Positions 10,421 to 19,828 of a DNA stretch of 64,000 nucleotides are shown in pieces. Below the pieces are notes generated by a model, which saw nothing but the letters and a program-made list of their open reading frames with translations, was not told the origin of the DNA and ran no database searches. The translations under genes were made by a program, and so were the position numbers. The DNA is taken from IMG/VR virus record IMGVR_UViG_3300005077_000489, positions 128,001 to 192,000 of that record, one strand, 5' to 3'. Source of the stretch: a virus. Taxonomy: Duplodnaviria > Caudoviricetes. How positions within the stretch are numbered: position 1 is the stretch's first letter; every line of letters starts with the position of its first letter.

Positions 10421-12996
10421 TGTCTATAAATTTAATTAAGCGTGCAGATGTTAGAAACATTTCCAATTATACTGGTTTACCGCAAACAACGGCGACCAGG
10501 AGTGAATTAAAACAATTAGTCGGCGTTGAGGATGGTAGCGGGCTAGTAGTTCCTTCTTTACACTACTTTGGCATGGAGGCTTTACTAAACAAGCCTTTCT
10601 TTTGTAAAGATTGTAGTGTGACTGTTTCCAATGGGGATGATGACTACGCAGAGTTATATTGTAGTATACTCAGGCAGTCTACAGAGTACTGGGAGAGTTT
10701 AGCCGTTACTAAAACCGACTTCGGTTTTTATATTGATTTCAACGATGTCCTACCGGACTATGCTAAGTTGATATATAAAATACAATTTACCTATTTGAAC
10801 CTATCGGTATCTCCGTCTACTCTGCAGATTATAGAACTACTCAGTGTTGATTATCCTATTAATTTTGATTTCAATGAATTTTCTGTAGTTGCTAGTAGTC
10901 ATGAAAATAGTCCGTTAAAGATTTATAATAACTCTGTACAAGGAACGGAGAGAGATGTACGCGTATTTCCTATATATAGTGGAGATTTTGCATTAGACCA
11001 GGTTTTTATGTTGACAGAAAGTGGAAAAGAGGATACTGACAAATATCATATAAACCGTGGTATATCTATTCCTGATAGTATACCATGGAGCAGCGGGTAT
11101 TTTGAGAATACCACAACTAGCGGGAGGTTTCTTACTTTGTCAGGAACCTCTACCTCTGGTAGTTGGACATCACCAGTTATTTTTACGAATAATGAAGATT
11201 ATATTACCATGTATCTATACTCAAACAACACAAATGAGAATGCTGTTGTTGAAAGAGACTGGACATCGGTTAATGAATTAATTGAGGCCCGCGGGTCTAA
11301 TGAAACACCCCTTCCTCACTTCCTAATCTTGTCTTGGAATAAAGAGTTATTCTCTATGATTGATGGCTATGGAAATTTAATGGCGGATAGTTTACCAACG
11401 CCTGATAGAAGACCAGTAGATATGTCTGCTGCAAGCCCTCCGGACCCCAGTGATCCCTATTGGTTAGTCGATGATTTTTTTGGGCCATGCGGGAATAAAG
11501 TTTCTTTTGTAAGCCCGTGCCCCTATATATTTGGGAAGTCTAAACGTATATTTATGAAGGGAGACGGAACCGTTATTCATCAGAGTGAAGACGGCTTCTA
11601 CGAAATGGCTTCCCGTGTTTATTGGGTAGGAATTCCTTACAAAATTTATGGTGATATAAATGATTACTGGACTGCTGGTTTGTATAACAATTTATTGGGG
11701 GCTGGCGATTACGGAGGTTGTACCCTTAGTTTAGCACAAGCAGGTATGCACGATAGGATGACTATAGGGAAAGAAGGTAGTCTTACAGCAGATTGGTTAT
11801 ATGGTAGGAGTATAAAGGATTACGGTATATCAAATATTTATCCGAATAAAGGATACTGCTTAAAACAAAACATAGGGGTTGCACAAGAACTCAAACCATA
11901 TGAATACTTTGGTGCGACAACTCTGGCGATGAAGAGGCATCCAAATGAATGGGCTGTAGTAAGTTCAGACATATATCCTATCGATGGTGGAGACAGATTT
12001 ATAAATGTTTATTTACTTAATATACGTAATTGGTGGGTATCCGAAAGACAGTACCTAGGCTCCTTCTCTATGGGAGGGGATGCCTGTGATGAGGGTTATG
12101 CTGTTTGTAAAAGTGAATTTGCTGATGATAATGAAGGTGGTTTTTGGTTGCACGTAGGTTATTCAAATAATATTATAAGGAAATATTCCATGGATGGTCG
12201 TTTGCTGGCTGATTATGAAGTTAAGAGAGGGTATAGTTATTTGATTGAATCTAAAGTAGAGGGAGAATTGTGGGCGGTAAGAAATACAGGTATTTATTAC
12301 TATAAAGAAGTTGGAGATGAGTTGGAGGTACAATTCAAAATAGAAGATGATCGCTTTGACTATTTACACCTAGGTGGTATAGATGATGATAACAATTTGT
12401 GGGTGGTGGACCGGGATACTTCTACTATTTATCGTATAAATTTTTCTAGTAGAGAAATAGATTATTCTAATTATGTACCTTATGTTATAGGGGTGTGGCC
12501 ACATCCATCAGATGGTTCTGCTTACTTGTATGTCAGTTTTTATCCAGATACCTTTACTACTGCAATTAAACGTGTTTGGGTTAATGATCCCTATCAATAT
12601 GAGGAATTAATAACTCCTGTTAATTCCATGCCTTTATCAGATTCAACCGGCGTCCAATTCAAAGGGAAAGTTTCCGGTAATTATATATCTGTGGGGTCAA
12701 ATGACCCAATATGGGGTAATAATGGTGACCTAACCCTGGAGTGGCAGTCTTACGCGAATGCTAGTCTGACTTTACCGACGGGTAAGTATAAACAATTTAG
12801 AATAACTTTACGAAGAAGTTCCTCTGGTGTTACTACTCCTAATATACAAAAGATTAGGATTCCGTTACCGCTCATTCTGGAGCAGGTTCCTTTCGAGGAT
12901 TATAAAAATGTTTATATTAATCCGCATCTCCGCTATGACAGGCAACGCGGACACTATACTACAGAATTAGTTTCATGGTGGCATCACGATGTATAA
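10420..12996 (+). CDS. Structural protein with beta-propeller, paralog of the C-terminal cassette of the upstream giant (~858 aa)
   Basis: TAATG overlap with the upstream stop and GAGGG RBS at 10411 favour the ATG at 10420. Shares SGSWTS, NNLWVVD, DGSAYLYV, LPTGKYKQFRITL and terminal LVSWW motifs with its neighbours. Confidence 0.8.
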   Translation: MSINLIKRADVRNISNYTGLPQTTATRSELKQLVGVEDGSGLVVPSLHYFGMEALLNKPFFCKDCSVTVSNGDDDYAELYCSILRQSTEYWESLAVTKTDFGFYIDFNDVLPDYAKLIYKIQFTYLNLSVSPSTLQIIELLSVDYPINFDFNEFSVVASSHENSPLKIYNNSVQGTERDVRVFPIYSGDFALDQVFMLTESGKEDTDKYHINRGISIPDSIPWSSGYFENTTTSGRFLTLSGTSTSGSWTSPVIFTNNEDYITMYLYSNNTNENAVVERDWTSVNELIEARGSNETPLPHFLILSWNKELFSMIDGYGNLMADSLPTPDRRPVDMSAASPPDPSDPYWLVDDFFGPCGNKVSFVSPCPYIFGKSKRIFMKGDGTVIHQSEDGFYEMASRVYWVGIPYKIYGDINDYWTAGLYNNLLGAGDYGGCTLSLAQAGMHDRMTIGKEGSLTADWLYGRSIKDYGISNIYPNKGYCLKQNIGVAQELKPYEYFGATTLAMKRHPNEWAVVSSDIYPIDGGDRFINVYLLNIRNWWVSERQYLGSFSMGGDACDEGYAVCKSEFADDNEGGFWLHVGYSNNIIRKYSMDGRLLADYEVKRGYSYLIESKVEGELWAVRNTGIYYYKEVGDELEVQFKIEDDRFDYLHLGGIDDDNNLWVVDRDTSTIYRINFSSREIDYSNYVPYVIGVWPHPSDGSAYLYVSFYPDTFTTAIKRVWVNDPYQYEELITPVNSMPLSDSTGVQFKGKVSGNYISVGSNDPIWGNNGDLTLEWQSYANASLTLPTGKYKQFRITLRRSSSGVTTPNIQKIRIPLPLILEQVPFEDYKNVYINPHLRYDRQRGHYTTELVSWWHHDV

Positions 12997-15900
12997 TTTA
13001 TTAGAACATGCATATTTACAAACTTGTACTTCTGGTATATCTGGGTATACTCTAGATAGTTTTACACCAAGTGGTATATTAGCAATACAGAATGGAACAT
13101 TAATCAAAACAATTGCTAATACCAAATATGTGGCTTTAGAGGCGATCTTCGGTAATGATTTCTTGTGTGATGAAGCTAGGATATATACTAGTGCTACGGG
13201 AATATCATATATATGTACGAAGGAGTTCATTTCTAATGTTGTTGCTGCTGATGGTTCCTATAATAATAGCACCGGTTATGGAACCCCTCAGATGACTAGT
13301 GCAGCAGATCCAGAGCCTTTTTCAGCATATAGTGATTATCAGGGTTGGACAGATGTTACTACCGCGATGACTTCTAACACCGCTCCTTTTCCTTACAAAG
13401 TTTTTACCACTAGTAATACTGCAAGCGGCTATAAGGCATTTGATCATAGTACACTTAATTACTGGAAAGCATCAGAGCATTTACCACAATCTATTTCTTA
13501 TGATTTTGGTTCGCAATACAAAGTGGAGAATTACAGATTTAGAAATGTGAATTCTACCACACGCAATCCTCCCAAAAGTTTTGGGTTATACGGTTCTAAT
13601 TTGGTTAGTCCGACATTAACTGATGAATCTAACTGGACTCAATTGCATTATTATTATGATTTACCGGATTATGGAGCGAACTCTTATTCCCCGTGGTTTG
13701 CTGTTACCAGCCCGGGTTTGTATAGGCATTATCGACTAAAAGTAACTGCTCTGCAATATCCGTCTGTAAGTATGTATGTTGACATAAACGAAATAGAATT
13801 CTCTACCGGTGTTGATACTGCGTGGAAAGCTTTTGACCAAACTGTCACAAGTTCTAGTGATTGTTGGACTTCTGATAGGTCACCGTTGGTGGGTAGTGGT
13901 GTTAATATAGTGTTTGGATGTGGTCCCACAGGTAAGGTATTTAATAAGTATGCCTTACAAGGAGCTAATGTAGCTGATGCTGCGGATAGAGCGAGCCCTA
14001 TAGACTGGACTTTAAAAGCAGCATTATTGACTATAGATGTGCCAGATATAAATAATCCTTCGCATTGGGTTACTTTAGATACACGGACTGGGGCAACTCC
14101 AGCAGCACAGAGTACTTGGACATCTTTTTATACTTTAAGTAATGCAACTGCATATAAATATTACAGGTTAAATATTACTAATAGATATGGTACAGCTTCT
14201 TATACTCGGATAGGTAATATTAAATTTGTTGAGTCTTCTAGATTTGGCACCACTGCTTACTCGGATTGGCGGTGCTATACTCCTACAAGGCAGGATTCTT
14301 ACTATTCTAAAGTTTTCGAGCCTCCTATAGGTCTAGAAGGTCTGCGTTTTTTCTATGCAAACTCCACTGGTAATAATGTTACAGTGTCAGGCTTTGAGGC
14401 TTTATCTTATAATGATGATAGTATAATAACTATGTCGGGTATAATCGCCAATTCATCTTTAGTTCCTAATTATTTCAGATTTAGTTTTGATACAACGGAG
14501 CCGAAGATTCTAAATATTAAAAATTATATGGATGGCTCTGCAACTCCTTTTATCCAATTACAGTATACTAATGTCTATGACATAGATAGGAATGTATTAT
14601 TTTCTACTGATTATTCTACCAATTATTATAAGGATGAGTCTTTATGGAAAGGTTTAGAGTCTGGTTTTGTCATACCGGAAGAATATGACTGGTGGTTAGG
14701 TACCTTAAGTGGTACTCAAGAGGTAAGCCGAACCCTGCGGTTGGTTGACACAGTCGTCAGTGGTTACTGGTCATCCCCAGTATTGGATACCGGAAATGTA
14801 CCAAGCATTGCCTATGTATATGGAACAGAGGGTATTTATCATAACAATAATTACAGGTTGTATAGCCCCTCTATAGAAATCAGAGCTAGTGAATCTCCCC
14901 CCGCGGAGGCATTGTTTTTAGTTATCACAACTAACAATACTCATAAGAATTTAATGTATCACCATAAGCGGGTGTTCATAGATTCTAATGGGCAAGTAAT
15001 CAATAAAGTAGAATGTAATTTAAGTACTGAAACAGGAAATAAACTTTGGCGTATAGCAGATAATACCTTTGCTGGAACAGAATTACGATATTACGGTTCT
15101 GTTAGCAGCAGGGGTACCGCATCTTTTCTTTGCCCGGGCATGACTACTTGTGGTGACACGGACCCGGTTCAGGAGATGCTTAACTATTCTAAGTGGTATA
15201 ATCTATGTAGTTGTACCATGGAGTCTAGTACTTATTGGAATAATGGTGTAACTGTTTCTGGTATAAAATGGGGGGATGAACAATCCGTGGTTTATACTAA
15301 GACTTTTCCTATTGAGGGTTCTACGGCTTTTTTCACGGCATCCATACTAACATCCACTTCCCAGGCAGAGGAAGATAGAACCATTATGACCCTCGCTTTT
15401 CAAGATGGTACTATTACTAAATTTGTAAAGCCTATGATTACAGTATTAGGAAATAAGTTATTAGGAGACGATTATTTTGAGATTATAGCAGATGTGGCTA
15501 ACAATGGTTGGTGGGTTTACTTAGGGGGAGACATAGGAAAAATTTATAAGATAGACCCTGGTAGTTTTGATACAGTAAGAATTTTTATGTCTGAGAATCC
15601 TTTGGCTGAGACAGGAGCACAAGATGATATATATTATGGTTATCTTTATTCTTTAAATATCACTAATACATTAAAGCATTTGATAGAAATTCCGAATCCG
15701 CTATACTCTGGTTTTTGGGCTTTTACTGATGAGAGTATTTATTTATATGATGAGGTGTATGATTATGATGAACCCAACCTAGTTGTAAAAAGGACCTTTA
15801 CGCAAGGTTCAATTAATACGGACACCTTCTCCGAGATACACACAGGAGCCTGTGATGCAGAAGGAAATCTGTGGGTTATAGATATTACACAAGCACGTCT

Positions 15901-16492
15901 TATGCGTATTAATCTACAGAAATGTTTGAATAATGATTCCTTGGCTATAGATTATGATAATATTATAGATGGAATAACAGGCGTGTTGCCTCACCCGTCT
16001 AACGGTTCTGCTTATGTATTTATAACAAATGAATTAGACCACCCGAACCAAGATATAGTTCGTATGGTTAATGTAGGACAGTCCGCAGGTAGCAGAGGAA
16101 AATATATGTGTGAAATTCCTGGATTTTGTTCATCTACCTACAGATATGGTGTACATTTCACTGGAATAGTTTTTGCTGGACCAATAAAAACTCATACCAG
16201 CGATCCTTTTTGGGGAACTACTGGTCTGACCTGGCAGCAATATTTTCCGGGAAAAACATTCATGCCACGGGGTAGATATAAACAATTTAGAATAAGTTTG
16301 CAGCGTTCGTCTAGTAGCTCTACTTCTCCTATACTTTATAGAATACGTATTCCAGAACCTATAGAGTTAGAACCCTTGGATAGGTTGCAAGAGAGACAAT
16401 TGGCTATAAAAACATTATTTAACAGAGTTACTACCTACGGTACCTACGATGTAAAATTATTAACTTGGTGGGGAAATAAGGAATTTGAATAA
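12989..16492 (+). CDS. Structural protein (1167 aa) with two nested discoidin-like domains and the shared beta-propeller C-terminal cassette
   Basis: Motifs MTSNTAPFPY...YKAFD...YGSN...YRHYRLKVT and AWKAFD...YKYYRLNIT; then SGYWSS, GNLWVID, GSAYVF, MPRGRYKQFRISL, LLTWW. Confidence 0.8.
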   Translation: MYNLLEHAYLQTCTSGISGYTLDSFTPSGILAIQNGTLIKTIANTKYVALEAIFGNDFLCDEARIYTSATGISYICTKEFISNVVAADGSYNNSTGYGTPQMTSAADPEPFSAYSDYQGWTDVTTAMTSNTAPFPYKVFTTSNTASGYKAFDHSTLNYWKASEHLPQSISYDFGSQYKVENYRFRNVNSTTRNPPKSFGLYGSNLVSPTLTDESNWTQLHYYYDLPDYGANSYSPWFAVTSPGLYRHYRLKVTALQYPSVSMYVDINEIEFSTGVDTAWKAFDQTVTSSSDCWTSDRSPLVGSGVNIVFGCGPTGKVFNKYALQGANVADAADRASPIDWTLKAALLTIDVPDINNPSHWVTLDTRTGATPAAQSTWTSFYTLSNATAYKYYRLNITNRYGTASYTRIGNIKFVESSRFGTTAYSDWRCYTPTRQDSYYSKVFEPPIGLEGLRFFYANSTGNNVTVSGFEALSYNDDSIITMSGIIANSSLVPNYFRFSFDTTEPKILNIKNYMDGSATPFIQLQYTNVYDIDRNVLFSTDYSTNYYKDESLWKGLESGFVIPEEYDWWLGTLSGTQEVSRTLRLVDTVVSGYWSSPVLDTGNVPSIAYVYGTEGIYHNNNYRLYSPSIEIRASESPPAEALFLVITTNNTHKNLMYHHKRVFIDSNGQVINKVECNLSTETGNKLWRIADNTFAGTELRYYGSVSSRGTASFLCPGMTTCGDTDPVQEMLNYSKWYNLCSCTMESSTYWNNGVTVSGIKWGDEQSVVYTKTFPIEGSTAFFTASILTSTSQAEEDRTIMTLAFQDGTITKFVKPMITVLGNKLLGDDYFEIIADVANNGWWVYLGGDIGKIYKIDPGSFDTVRIFMSENPLAETGAQDDIYYGYLYSLNITNTLKHLIEIPNPLYSGFWAFTDESIYLYDEVYDYDEPNLVVKRTFTQGSINTDTFSEIHTGACDAEGNLWVIDITQARLMRINLQKCLNNDSLAIDYDNIIDGITGVLPHPSNGSAYVFITNELDHPNQDIVRMVNVGQSAGSRGKYMCEIPGFCSSTYRYGVHFTGIVFAGPIKTHTSDPFWGTTGLTWQQYFPGKTFMPRGRYKQFRISLQRSSSSSTSPILYRIRIPEPIELEPLDRLQERQLAIKTLFNRVTTYGTYDVKLLTWWGNKEFE

Positions 16493-17037
16493 TGGCTGAA
16501 GTAATTATACAAAACTTAAGAAACTTAGATCAGATAGTCAGTGTTATGGTTACCATAAGAAAAACGATAATACCTGAACATAGTGGCGGCGGGACTATGT
16601 GGATTATAGAGGCATCAACAGACGAACCTGATGCTAATGGAGATTTAATTCCTCCGGTGCGGCTTTGGTCTTCTTCTTATGATACTCTTACAGAAGATAT
16701 AAATAGCATAATAAATGAATTGGCACAAAAAGTTAATTGGGATTATGAGCCAGATTATGAACCACCAGAGATAAAAAGTCATTGGCCTATTTCTGGTGCT
16801 ACTGGTATAAGTGTAGACACTAATATACGCATAAACATCACGGAGGACGCACCCTCTGCTGGCATAGACCTTAGTTCTATTCGTGTGCGGGTTAAGGGTT
16901 TCGATTTAACGAGCCAAGTAAGTATAGAAGGAGATGTCCGGTCTTGCTCAGTTTCGCTGACACCCGGTAGTAAATACCAGTCTGCCATCAATGATGACAA
17001 TTGGCAAGACTACGTCGAGGCAGAGGATGGACAGTAA
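16492..17037 (+). CDS. Small structural protein with a C-terminal Ig-like (SbsA/Big_5-type) domain
   Basis: DYEPPEIKSHWPISGATGISVDTNIRINITED...GIDLSSIRVRV resembles the Big_5 pattern; TAATG coupling to the upstream gene. Confidence 0.65.
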   Translation: MAEVIIQNLRNLDQIVSVMVTIRKTIIPEHSGGGTMWIIEASTDEPDANGDLIPPVRLWSSSYDTLTEDINSIINELAQKVNWDYEPDYEPPEIKSHWPISGATGISVDTNIRINITEDAPSAGIDLSSIRVRVKGFDLTSQVSIEGDVRSCSVSLTPGSKYQSAINDDNWQDYVEAEDGQ

Positions 17038-18367
17038 TATTCTGGCTATAGAGCCAAATATGGCTATGTTCTTAGAGAACCATGAATTAAAGTTCTTCAA
17101 TTTGATTTGGGGAGGGTGGCAAGTAAGCCAAGACCCTAGTGTTTCTTTCTTTACTAACACATTGCTCAGGAGAGGTACAGACGGTACTGTTATTCCTCCC
17201 TCCTGGCCTACCTCAGTAGAGATGCAAACTACAGTGGATAGTCTGGATTACAACGGCGTTAACTTTTGGTCAATACAGGCTATAAATAGTACGCCTTATT
17301 ATCCAGGATGGGTTGTTAGACGTTGGCAAACCAGCACAAAATCATATAGTTTGGAGATGAAACACTTTAAGTGTTTTCCTGGGTTTAGTAAAGGCTCCGC
17401 CCTAACCACAGAATATTATAATTTTACTTTGATGGTGGGGATCGATTCATCAAAGAATTATGCACAATTTAGTAGTCCTACCTATGACTATATCATGGAG
17501 AGGTTGTTGGTCGGGCAACAAATACGGATCGGTCCTAATACGCATGGAGATTATTACTGGGGTACCATAAGGACTATTACGAAATTCTCCGGGAGATGGG
17601 AAGTAGTTTTTAGTGAAAACTTTAACACCAGTTATGTGGCTGGCGAAGATTGTTTTACTGAAACGCGATTATATGTATTTGATGAGAGCGGAACATTAAC
17701 GACTTTGAACCCGGTAAACTTAAGTGTTATTAGCAGCACGCAGCAAGATTTCTATAAGGGAGTAACTGCGGCAGGTTTTAGTGTAATAAATAACGTTCCG
17801 GAGATAAACTTAGGTAATAGGACTAGAGCATTATTTTTTGTAAGTGGGATGGTAGTTTTTTGTAAGAGAGTGGAAGATTTGGGTCTGACCATCGCAGCAA
17901 AATCAATTCCCCTGGGTTACTATGATGATGCTAATTCATTTATACCTATTTATGAATTAAGAATCCGTAATGATGACCCTGAGGATATTAATAATCATCC
18001 TCAGTTCTACTTCTTACAACGGGACTATCGAGACTCCCATACTTCTGGTGTGTCTAGTTTTCCTAGTAGTACATATAATTATGTTATTTTGAAAGTAGAA
18101 CGAGAGAATGCTTTTATGGTGTTGAACTTATATCCCGAGTTCGTTATGCCTAGTGGTTATATAGATTGTAGATGTACTTTGTTGGATGATTACAGATTTC
18201 CCGTTAGTAGTGCCCCTGTGTACTGGTCTGCTACTCCCGGGGCTGGTAGTTTTATTACTGCCACCGGGGTAGTAACTAATTCTAGCGGGGTAGCATATGC
18301 AACTTTTAGCGGAGGGCAGGTTATACCTTTTCCTGCATATTTAACTGCTATGACGACGGCAATGTGA
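17027..18367 (+). CDS. Putative structural protein with a C-terminal invasin/Big_1-like Ig domain; paralog of 19829..21370
   Basis: GAGG RBS at 17017 favours the ATG at 17027. SLDYNGVNFWS...VVRRWQ matches LQYDGINFWS...ILRRWR in the downstream paralog. C-terminus CTLLDDYRFPVSSAPVYWS...TNSSGVAYATF. Confidence 0.7.
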   Translation: MDSNILAIEPNMAMFLENHELKFFNLIWGGWQVSQDPSVSFFTNTLLRRGTDGTVIPPSWPTSVEMQTTVDSLDYNGVNFWSIQAINSTPYYPGWVVRRWQTSTKSYSLEMKHFKCFPGFSKGSALTTEYYNFTLMVGIDSSKNYAQFSSPTYDYIMERLLVGQQIRIGPNTHGDYYWGTIRTITKFSGRWEVVFSENFNTSYVAGEDCFTETRLYVFDESGTLTTLNPVNLSVISSTQQDFYKGVTAAGFSVINNVPEINLGNRTRALFFVSGMVVFCKRVEDLGLTIAAKSIPLGYYDDANSFIPIYELRIRNDDPEDINNHPQFYFLQRDYRDSHTSGVSSFPSSTYNYVILKVERENAFMVLNLYPEFVMPSGYIDCRCTLLDDYRFPVSSAPVYWSATPGAGSFITATGVVTNSSGVAYATFSGGQVIPFPAYLTAMTTAM

Positions 18368-18416
18368 TTATTTCTAAAAAAGATAAAGCAAATTACTATT
18401 ATCTTTTATGAAATAA
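18368..18416. repeat. Imperfect ~18-bp inverted repeat (hairpin) immediately upstream of the omegaRNA
   Basis: Left arm TTATTTCTAAAAAAGATAA (18368-18386). Right arm TTATCTTTTATGAAATAA (18399-18416), whose reverse complement is TTATTTCATAAAAGATAA. 12-nt loop. Confidence 0.8.
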
Positions 18417-18590
18417 ACAGCGGGCTCTGGATAAGTGCAAGAGCAGAAGTTAATTTAATTATTCTACCAACAGATGTTGTTCCAGTCTGTTGCTCTAGAA
18501 CTTGTAACTAAGGGTAGCGGAAACGTGAATGTGTTACAAGTGTAAAAAGTTTAATTAACAACCGCGAGGAGCAACTAACTCTACGGAGGA
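18407..18590 (+). ncRNA. IscB omegaRNA (5' guide of ~16 nt plus scaffold from ~18423)
   Basis: Scaffold starts GGCTCT...AAGAGCA, as recalled for characterised IscB omegaRNAs. Visible stems: GCTCT 18424-28/AGAGC 18440-44; GTTAATT 18449-55/AATTAAC 18553-59; AACAGA 18469-74/TCTGTT 18486-91; ACTTGTAAC 18500-08/GTTACAAGT 18533-41. Alternative pairing AGAGCA 18440-45/TGCTCT 18491-96. Ends with CGAGG and the GGAGGA RBS. Guide boundaries are inferred. Confidence 0.8.
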
Positions 18591-19822
18591 CTTAAATGTC
18601 AAATTTAGTTTATGTAATTAATAAGAATGGGAATCCTTTGATGCCTTGTAAACCTGCTAAGGCTAGGCATTTACTAGAGGCTGGTAAAGCTAAGGTTATC
18701 AAGCGTATACCTTTTACAATTCAACTGTTATGGAATTGTGAAGAGAATGTGCAGCCTATAACTTTAGGAATTGATAAAGGTTCCAAGATTACTGGTTTAT
18801 GTGTTGTAGAAAGTGACAATAGCAAAGTGTTATTTCAAGCAGATTTAAGACATCGTCTAGACGTTAAAGAAAAGATGGAGACGCGTAGAGAGCATCGTAG
18901 GTCTCGTAGGAACCGTAAATGGTATAGACCATGTAGGTTTTTAAATCGCAGTAGTTCTAAACGTATAGGAAGACTACCTCCTTCAATTAGAACCAATGTT
19001 GAGGAAGTAATCAGGGTAGTTAATAAGTTAAAAGTGATGTTACCTATAACCAGTATTGTAGTAGAAGATGTATTAGTGGATATAAGAAAATTGAATGAAC
19101 CCATAATTAAAGGTAAGCAATATCAAGTTTCTAATCGCCTATCTGAGAATTTGCGGCTAGCATGTTTAATGAGAGATAATTTTGTTTGTTATACGTGTAA
19201 GTCTAAAGGAGAACTACATGCTCACCACATTGTATGGAGGTCTAAGGGTGGTTCAGATACTATTACTAATTTGATTACATTATGTAAGAAGTGCCACAAC
19301 AAGGTACATAGTAATAAATTAACATTGGACTTACGAGGTTCTAACAATTTTAAAGACCGTATAGCACAACGTACAATGCAAGGTAAATCTTATCTTTATA
19401 GACAATTAGGAAATCCTGGGTTAGTTTATGGATATGAAACCGCTGAGCAGCGTAAGAAATTACAATTGGATAAAACACACATGATAGATGCATTTATAAT
19501 TGCTGGTGGTAATAAATATACAACTGATAACTCTTATTTCATAAATTTCAGACTTAGGCAAACTAGGCGACAATATTATGATTTGCCTAGAAAAGGGGTG
19601 GGTAGAGTTAGATATCAAGTCAATGAAGAATTAAATGGATTTAAAAAAGGGGATGTCGTTTTGGTAAAATCTTTTGTGAAACAAATTAATTCGATTCGTA
19701 GTGATGGACGCTTAGGTTTTTCTAAAAGCATAAATAGTGGACCACAGACGGCACTACCAAAACATTGTATATTACTAGAACGCCAGAAGACAGTTGTCTT
19801 TAATACAGTTAATATAAGGTAG
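18423..19822 (+). mobile_element. Non-autonomous IS200/IS605-superfamily IscB (OMEGA) element, no tnpA
   Basis: omegaRNA plus iscB inserted between two paralogous structural genes; no Y1 transposase in the window. Ends are approximate. Confidence 0.7.
18596..19822 (+). CDS. iscB: IscB RNA-guided endonuclease (PLMP, split RuvC, bridge helix, HNH), 408 aa
   Basis: N-terminal NGNPLMPC; RuvC-I LGIDKG; Arg-rich RREHRRSRRNR bridge helix; RuvC-II IVVED; HNH CYTC...HAHHIVWRSKGGSD...NLITLCKKCHNKVH; RuvC-III THMIDA. GGAGGA RBS at 18585. Confidence 0.95.
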   Translation: MSNLVYVINKNGNPLMPCKPAKARHLLEAGKAKVIKRIPFTIQLLWNCEENVQPITLGIDKGSKITGLCVVESDNSKVLFQADLRHRLDVKEKMETRREHRRSRRNRKWYRPCRFLNRSSSKRIGRLPPSIRTNVEEVIRVVNKLKVMLPITSIVVEDVLVDIRKLNEPIIKGKQYQVSNRLSENLRLACLMRDNFVCYTCKSKGELHAHHIVWRSKGGSDTITNLITLCKKCHNKVHSNKLTLDLRGSNNFKDRIAQRTMQGKSYLYRQLGNPGLVYGYETAEQRKKLQLDKTHMIDAFIIAGGNKYTTDNSYFINFRLRQTRRQYYDLPRKGVGRVRYQVNEELNGFKKGDVVLVKSFVKQINSIRSDGRLGFSKSINSGPQTALPKHCILLERQKTVVFNTVNIR

Positions 19823-19828
19823 GTAAAA

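Noticed and set aside
18596-19822. Cas9 / CRISPR-Cas system
   Set aside because: 408 aa with a PLMP N-terminus, no REC lobe, no repeat-spacer array and no cas1/2; this is IscB.
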